Assembly (NCBI GenBank): GCA_016618085.1
Contig: JABLTG010000043.1
Location: forward strand, 62,001-116,451
Direction of reading: 5' to 3'
DNA length: 54,451 nt
DNA from: Neovahlkampfia damariscottae
Taxonomy: Eukaryota
The notes beneath the pieces were generated by a model. The model made no database searches, was not told the origin of the DNA, and worked only from the letters and a program-made list of their open reading frames with translations. Of this stretch, positions 48,597 through 54,451 are shown piece after piece. Position 1 is the first letter of the stretch; each line of letters begins with the position of its first letter. The position numbers were made by a program, and so were the translations under genes.

Positions 48597-49991
48597 ATGA
48601 CTGAGATGGATTTAGGAGGAGCAAGAAACAAAGCTACTTTTACACAATCACTTTCAGCAGGTGAAATACCAGATGATACATCCATTAGTTATGAAGGTAC
48701 TTTCTCAGAATATTATTTCAACGATAACACACCAAAACTAAAAGAAGTTTGTTATGCCAATATTTCAGCTGCCAAAATCAAAGACCCTTTCACTGGAAAA
48801 GATGAAAAATATATTTCTGCTTCCTTTCATTCAATATTTGATGGTATGAACCACAGAGAACCTTTAAACTTGTTAATTATTTTGGATATCTCTGGAAGTA
48901 TGTCTGGTCAGTTTTATAACGTAAATACAAGTGAATTTTCAAAGGAAACAAAAATGAAAATAGCCAATGAAGTGTTAATTGAAATTGTCAAAAATTTAAA
49001 AAATGAAGAAAATTTAGGAATCCTTTTGTTTGATGATAAAACTCAAGTTCTTCAATCAATTAAAAATGTTGGTAAATTAAAAAAAGAAGAATTATGTGAA
49101 AAAATTATTCAAATTGAACCAAGAGGTGGAACAAAGATGGAAAAGGGAATGAAAACAGGAATTTCAATGATGAATGACTTTTTAGAAATTGGGAATGGGA
49201 AAAATCAAAATAATAGAATTATATTTTTAACAGATGCAATGCCAAATGATGGAGGTGAAATTTCTTTAAAATCTTTATCAGAAGAAGCAGCAAAAAATAA
49301 GATTTATACAACTTATATTGGTGTCGGATTAGATTTCAATACAAAATTAGTTGAAGAATTAACAAAAGTAGTTGGATCAAATTATTTTTCAGTTCATTCA
49401 AAAAAAGATTTTCAAAGAATTTTAAATGAAGAATTCAATTATATTGTCACAAATATAGCATTGGACAGTTTCTTATTAGTTGAATCAGAAGAATATGAAA
49501 TTGAAGAAGTGTTTGGTACCCCATTTAAAGATCAAACAACAATTAATAGTATTAAAGTTGGATCACAAACTGCATCGGATGTAAATGATTTAGGAACAAA
49601 AGGAGGAATGATTTTGATAAAGTTATCAGAAAGGAAATTAAAATCAAAAGAAAATCCATCTCAAAAAGTTAATGTTACTTTATTTTACGATGATATTAAT
49701 GACAAAACGATTAAAACTTCATATTTGATTGATTTTGAAAAGAAGGCAAAATCATCAGAGATTTTTTTTGAAAATAGTGGAATCCAAAAATTAATTCTTT
49801 TAACAAAATATGTTGAATTTTCAAAAAGAATTTTAAAATTAAAAAACTTATCAAAATATAAAGATGATGAACATGGAAAAGAAATTACTAGTTTTTTAAA
49901 TTATTTTCAAACTCAAATGAAAGAGATTGGTGATTTAAATTTGGAAAAAGAAGTGGAATCTTTAAATCAATTGAAATATAATTTAAAATAA
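48597..49991 (+). CDS. von Willebrand factor A domain protein
   Basis: MIDAS motif ILDISGSM, GGT, IIFLTDA, IGVGLDFN. Confidence 0.88.
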   Translation: MTEMDLGGARNKATFTQSLSAGEIPDDTSISYEGTFSEYYFNDNTPKLKEVCYANISAAKIKDPFTGKDEKYISASFHSIFDGMNHREPLNLLIILDISGSMSGQFYNVNTSEFSKETKMKIANEVLIEIVKNLKNEENLGILLFDDKTQVLQSIKNVGKLKKEELCEKIIQIEPRGGTKMEKGMKTGISMMNDFLEIGNGKNQNNRIIFLTDAMPNDGGEISLKSLSEEAAKNKIYTTYIGVGLDFNTKLVEELTKVVGSNYFSVHSKKDFQRILNEEFNYIVTNIALDSFLLVESEEYEIEEVFGTPFKDQTTINSIKVGSQTASDVNDLGTKGGMILIKLSERKLKSKENPSQKVNVTLFYDDINDKTIKTSYLIDFEKKAKSSEIFFENSGIQKLILLTKYVEFSKRILKLKNLSKYKDDEHGKEITSFLNYFQTQMKEIGDLNLEKEVESLNQLKYNLK

Positions 49992-50346
49992 CAATACATA
50001 TTTCTTTTAAAAATCCCCATTTTTTAATACTTTCTATTATTTTGGATTTGCATCATTATAACAGAAAAAGTGGGTTAATTTCGGCAAGTAATTTACTGAA
50101 GAAGAATATCATTTATTCATTGCCAGATTTGTCCTGAATGTTTGATTCTGTTGGACGGACATCAAATATCAATAATGTTTCCTTCTTCATCCATTCAAAT
50201 ATAAAATATTGCTTTAAAATACAAAGAATTAAAGAATAAATAATTCAGTCAATTAAATATCCAACATATCAAAAATTAGAGTTTTTGAGTTTGTCTTGAT
50301 AATTTCAGAAAGGCCAAATAAGGGTAAGAAAACTATCCAATCAGCA

Positions 50347-53300
50347 ATGTTTCACCTCATCAAATCTCCAAGGTACGAAAAAGTCCGACTAACCACAAAA
50401 GAAATAAAAACTCTTCCCTAGATGTTAGTGAAAAGGCTCTAGAGAAAATACCACAAGTAAGAAAAAACGCGCCATTTTTTTTATTTTTAAAGTACGTTTT
50501 TTCTCAAACAGAATTGAGATTACTCAGCTTGTCACAAAATAAAATCATAAAAATAGATATAGATATAACAAAACTGAAGCATTTGGAGGTTCTTTTGTTG
50601 GACCACAACAAAATTTCAGAAATTCCACGAGAACTTATTAAACTGTCCACAATACATACATTAGCTTTGAATAATAATCTCATATCTTATGTTCCTGAAG
50701 AAATTAAACACTTGCATCACTTGGAGAATTTATTTTTAGAAAACAACATTATCACCGAGTTTCCTGATGTTTGTTTTCCGAAAATCCAAGTTTTGAAATT
50801 AAATAACAACAAAATAGAAAGAGTACCAACTGAATTTACCAAACAAATGAAACTAAAAGAGCTAAAATTAAAGGGAAATAATATCAAAGATTTTCCAAAA
50901 GAAATCCTGTACTTACCAAAATTACAACCAGACATAAAGATGGAACTCGAAGAAATTCATAATGAATCATTAAAATTCATCAATGATAAAGTTATTGAAG
51001 ACAGTTTGAACTTGACAAATCAGAATTTGACAAAAATTCCAGAACAAGTTGGAAAATTGATAAATTTAAAAACGTTGATATTTTCATGGAATAGAATTGA
51101 TGAAATATCATCAAATTTATGGAAAGTTACCTCTTTAACAAGTTTAAATTTATCAAATAATTCATTGACTTCATTAAGTTGGGAAATTGTTCTGTTAAAA
51201 GATTTGGTGGATTTAGATCTCTCAAAAAATAAATTGAAGTCATTACCGCGTGAATTAATATACTTGAAAAAATTGACAAATCTCAATGTTTTTGGTAATC
51301 CACTCACTGAAAGTTTTCCAGATTTTTCAAAAAGCAATTTATGTAATCTAAAAGAGTTTTTTTATATTTTTTTTTGAAGCTGATGAATCAAAAGAAGAAG
51401 TACTAGAAATTAAATGTCAAATCCAAAGAAATAAGATTGTAGATCATTTATTTGAAACCGAAAAACATTATTATTCATACATGTCAATATTATCCAACCA
51501 TTTCATATCTCCTTTGAAAATGAAAAAGAAGCAACCTCTATCAGCAGAATTACATAAACAATATTTCAATGATGTACAAGTTGTTTTAGGGATAACAAAA
51601 GAATTCTTAATTTCATTAGAAGATGGTATTAAAGACAAAGAAACATTTGATTTAGGAGTGATGTTTCTTTCATTTGGATCATCTTTCAAATTAATTTCAA
51701 AGTATATTAATGAAGCACCATTAAACATTAATTCAATGAAAGAAACAATGAAATCAAACCAAAAATTCAAGACTTATATTGAAAAAACTACAATTGAGTA
51801 TAATAATTCTCATCGGAATAATCAAATTAATTTTTTTGATTTGTACAATTTACCAGTTTCACGTATTCAAAATTATCATCAAATTATCAAAACTTATGAA
51901 AGTGAAACTCCAAAATCTCATAAGAATTATGATTCTGTTCAACTTGCTTTGAATTTATTTGAAGAATTAACAGAATATTGTAAAATAAAATCAATTGAAG
52001 CAGAAAATTTAACAAAAATGAGAAAAGTTGCAAAAGAACTGAATGATATGGTAATTTAAATCTTTATTTTTAATATTACCTTGAAGACAATTCTCATTGC
52101 ATCAAGAACTCTATTGGAAGAATATTCAAGTGTGAGTGTGATTGAAGATGATGAAGATCCACTTTTCAGGCAACTCAGACCAGTTAAAATTTATTCATTC
52201 AATGATTTAATAGTAATCATTGAAAAAGGAAAGAAAGGGATGAAATTTCCAACACAATTAATTTATCTTGAAAAAGTGAAAGACAGTAAGAGAAAATATC
52301 CGATTGATCAATAGAAAATATAAAATTAGAAACTGGAACATATTTGAAAACATTGGTATTTCAAAGCCAACATGATGCTCAAAGATTCTATTCTTTATGG
52401 TATACTTCTGCAGAGAAATTCTGGTTAAATGCATTGCGTCAAAATGAATCAAATGCAAAGGGTAATATTTCCATGTTTTCACCAAGAAAATCGTTCATTT
52501 TACTATCCCCAAGAAAAAGTGTTAGTCTTCCAGGTGGATTAGATGCATTGAAAGAAGAATTGGAAAAATTTGATCAAGAAGAAGCAAAAAAACAACGTTC
52601 CAAATCAACCACTGTCAGTCCAAATGGAATAGAATCTGAAGAAGATAATCCTTCAGTTAATGGATTTTACAGAAGCCAATCTGTGAAAGGATTTACAAGT
52701 AATCGGATTTTAACGAATAAGAAAATACCCAGAATCGTTTCTGGAAAATTAAAAAAAGCAAATTCAGATCCTCAAGAATCAAATCAATTTTCAGGAATAG
52801 AAACAACAGATTCTACATATTCTCATGATACTCCTTCAGTATCTCCAAATGGTGAGTCAAATTTTTCATCTCCAAGATCTTCAAACCCCCAAACAGATCG
52901 GAAATCAGATTCACCACCATTTTCTGAAGAATCAAGAAATTCAAATGCAGAAGAATCCAAATTCAAAAATTCCACTGAAGAAACAGAGAGTTTGTTATCA
53001 ATGTCACCAGATGAAGAAGGTGCATATCGTCACATATTATCTCCAATTGACAATGAAAAATCATCTCCTGTTCCAAAACTCAAATTAAAAATTGTTGATT
53101 TAGATAAGAGTGATGTCATTGAAAATGTCTCAAGTCCATTAGGTTCAGCGAGAGAGGATCATGTATCTCCACTTGTTTCACCAGTTTTTTCATCACCAAG
53201 AATATCAATTCAAAAATTAACGTCACAATATAAATTTGATTACTTAACAGTACAAGATGTTGATACAACTTTAGTTAATTTACAGAACAAGCTTGTGGTG

Positions 53301-53429
53301 TTGGTGGGAGAAGGTAATTTTGATGAATCAAAAAAAATAATTGATTTGATGAAAGGGATCACAGAAAAATTCTCAAAGGGTGATAAAAAAAATTTGGACA
53401 ATATGATGAAAAAGGCAAAAAAATTTTGA
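50347..53429 (+). CDS. LRR + RhoGEF (DH-PH) protein with Ser/Pro-rich tail
   Basis: LxxLxLxxN repeats; LFETEKHY..LPVSRIQNY..TPKSHKNY (DH); spliced. Confidence 0.82.
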
Positions 53430-54348
53430 TCAGATTTTTGGTAGTGCAACAACATCAGAATTTTTGTTAAAGTTAGAATTTTCTTGTTTTATAAACTTTT
53501 TAGGTTTCCTTATAACAATAGTCTTATCAGAAATCAAGTTTTATTCAATTTATTCAAAGTATCTACTTCTTTTATAATCCTCTGAACTAATGATAATCAA
53601 CTCAATCCCAGGATTGAGTTTCTGTTCAATTGTGAATTGTATTTCGAGACATTAGAATCTTCCACTATTTTGACCTATCAATTACATCATCCTCCACACT
53701 TCTTCCTCAGAATCCAACCAAGTAATGACTTTGGTTGAATCTCAGCACTCGATGGGCATCCTGCATCCATCAACGGTGTTCAATAGTTTCATTTGAAATC
53801 AAACTGAATGTTATCTTCGATCAGTCTGGTTGATTTAAACATGGATGCAACTTCAGCAAAATCAGTTTCTTTAAAACTTCTCTTATGTCCAAAAATTTCG
53901 TTTAATTCTTTTTCATCATTTTCCATCTCTTGTTTGTCGATTTTTCTGATCAGACAAAAACAATTACTGAAATTAATTGCATATCCTATTCAGATCACTT
54001 GTCCCTATCTGACCCAATCAAAAAGTATCAAAAAAAAAAAGGAGAACTTTTATTATTTTTTTTCAATCAATTTAATATCTTGATTATGACATATTATATT
54101 ACAAAATAGTTTGTCACAAACAGGATTGGTAATGAAATTGTTGAACATTTGAAACAAGCAAAATAAATTTTCTTATGGCAAACCACACAATGACGATGTT
54201 TTTCAATCTTTTTTAATGCATGATAATATATCTCCTTTTCTTGATTGTTGTTTTCCAATTTTATTTAAGGTTTGTACGTGAGTCTTGGTTTTGAAGTAAC
54301 AGAATTATATTTGCCAAATATTCTTGCAATGTTAAATTGGGTTTTGTT

Positions 54349-54451
54349 TTTGGGTTTGGGTTTGGGTTTGGGTTTGGGTTTGGGTTTGGGTTTGGGTTTG
54401 GGTTTGGGTTTGGGTTTGGGTTTGGGTTTGGGTTTGGGTTTGGGTTTGGGT
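54349..54451 (+). repeat. Telomeric (TTTGGG)n array, 17 perfect units to the window end
   Basis: Direct reading; G-rich strand points to the end, with degenerate units at 54337-54348. Confidence 0.95.

Noticed and set aside
54349..54451. Paramecium-like ciliate origin based on TTTGGG
   Set aside because: Genes use TAA and TAG as stops, and long ORFs are open in the standard code.

Overview
AT-rich eukaryotic (protist) chromosome-end segment. It uses the standard genetic code, has tiny ~30-41 nt GT-AG introns and very short intergenic spacers, and ends in a (TTTGGG)n telomere. This fits a heterolobosean-like amoeba, but that placement is inference. The first ~10.2 kb is an intronless, decayed endogenous virophage. 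It carries an rve integrase (cut by the window start), a D5-like SF3 helicase, FNIP-repeat and Zn-finger genes, a fibre-like gene, a ~590-codon Sputnik-type major capsid protein, a penton remnant, a cysteine maturation protease and an A32-type packaging ATPase. Most of these genes are broken by stops and frameshifts, many of which look like C>T/G>A transitions. The rest is a dense host gene array: enolase, PhnZ-like HD protein, ERGIC3, MAPEG, collagen-like protein, C2-RhoGAP, AGC kinase, a ~12.7 kb RNF213-like AAA+/RZ-finger gene, RCC1-EGF membrane protein, LDAH, PPR, GT49, RGS-TPR, FAD2, APT1, TreS-like GH13, WD40-like, vWA and LRR-RhoGEF. All homology calls come from motif recognition by eye; no searches were run.
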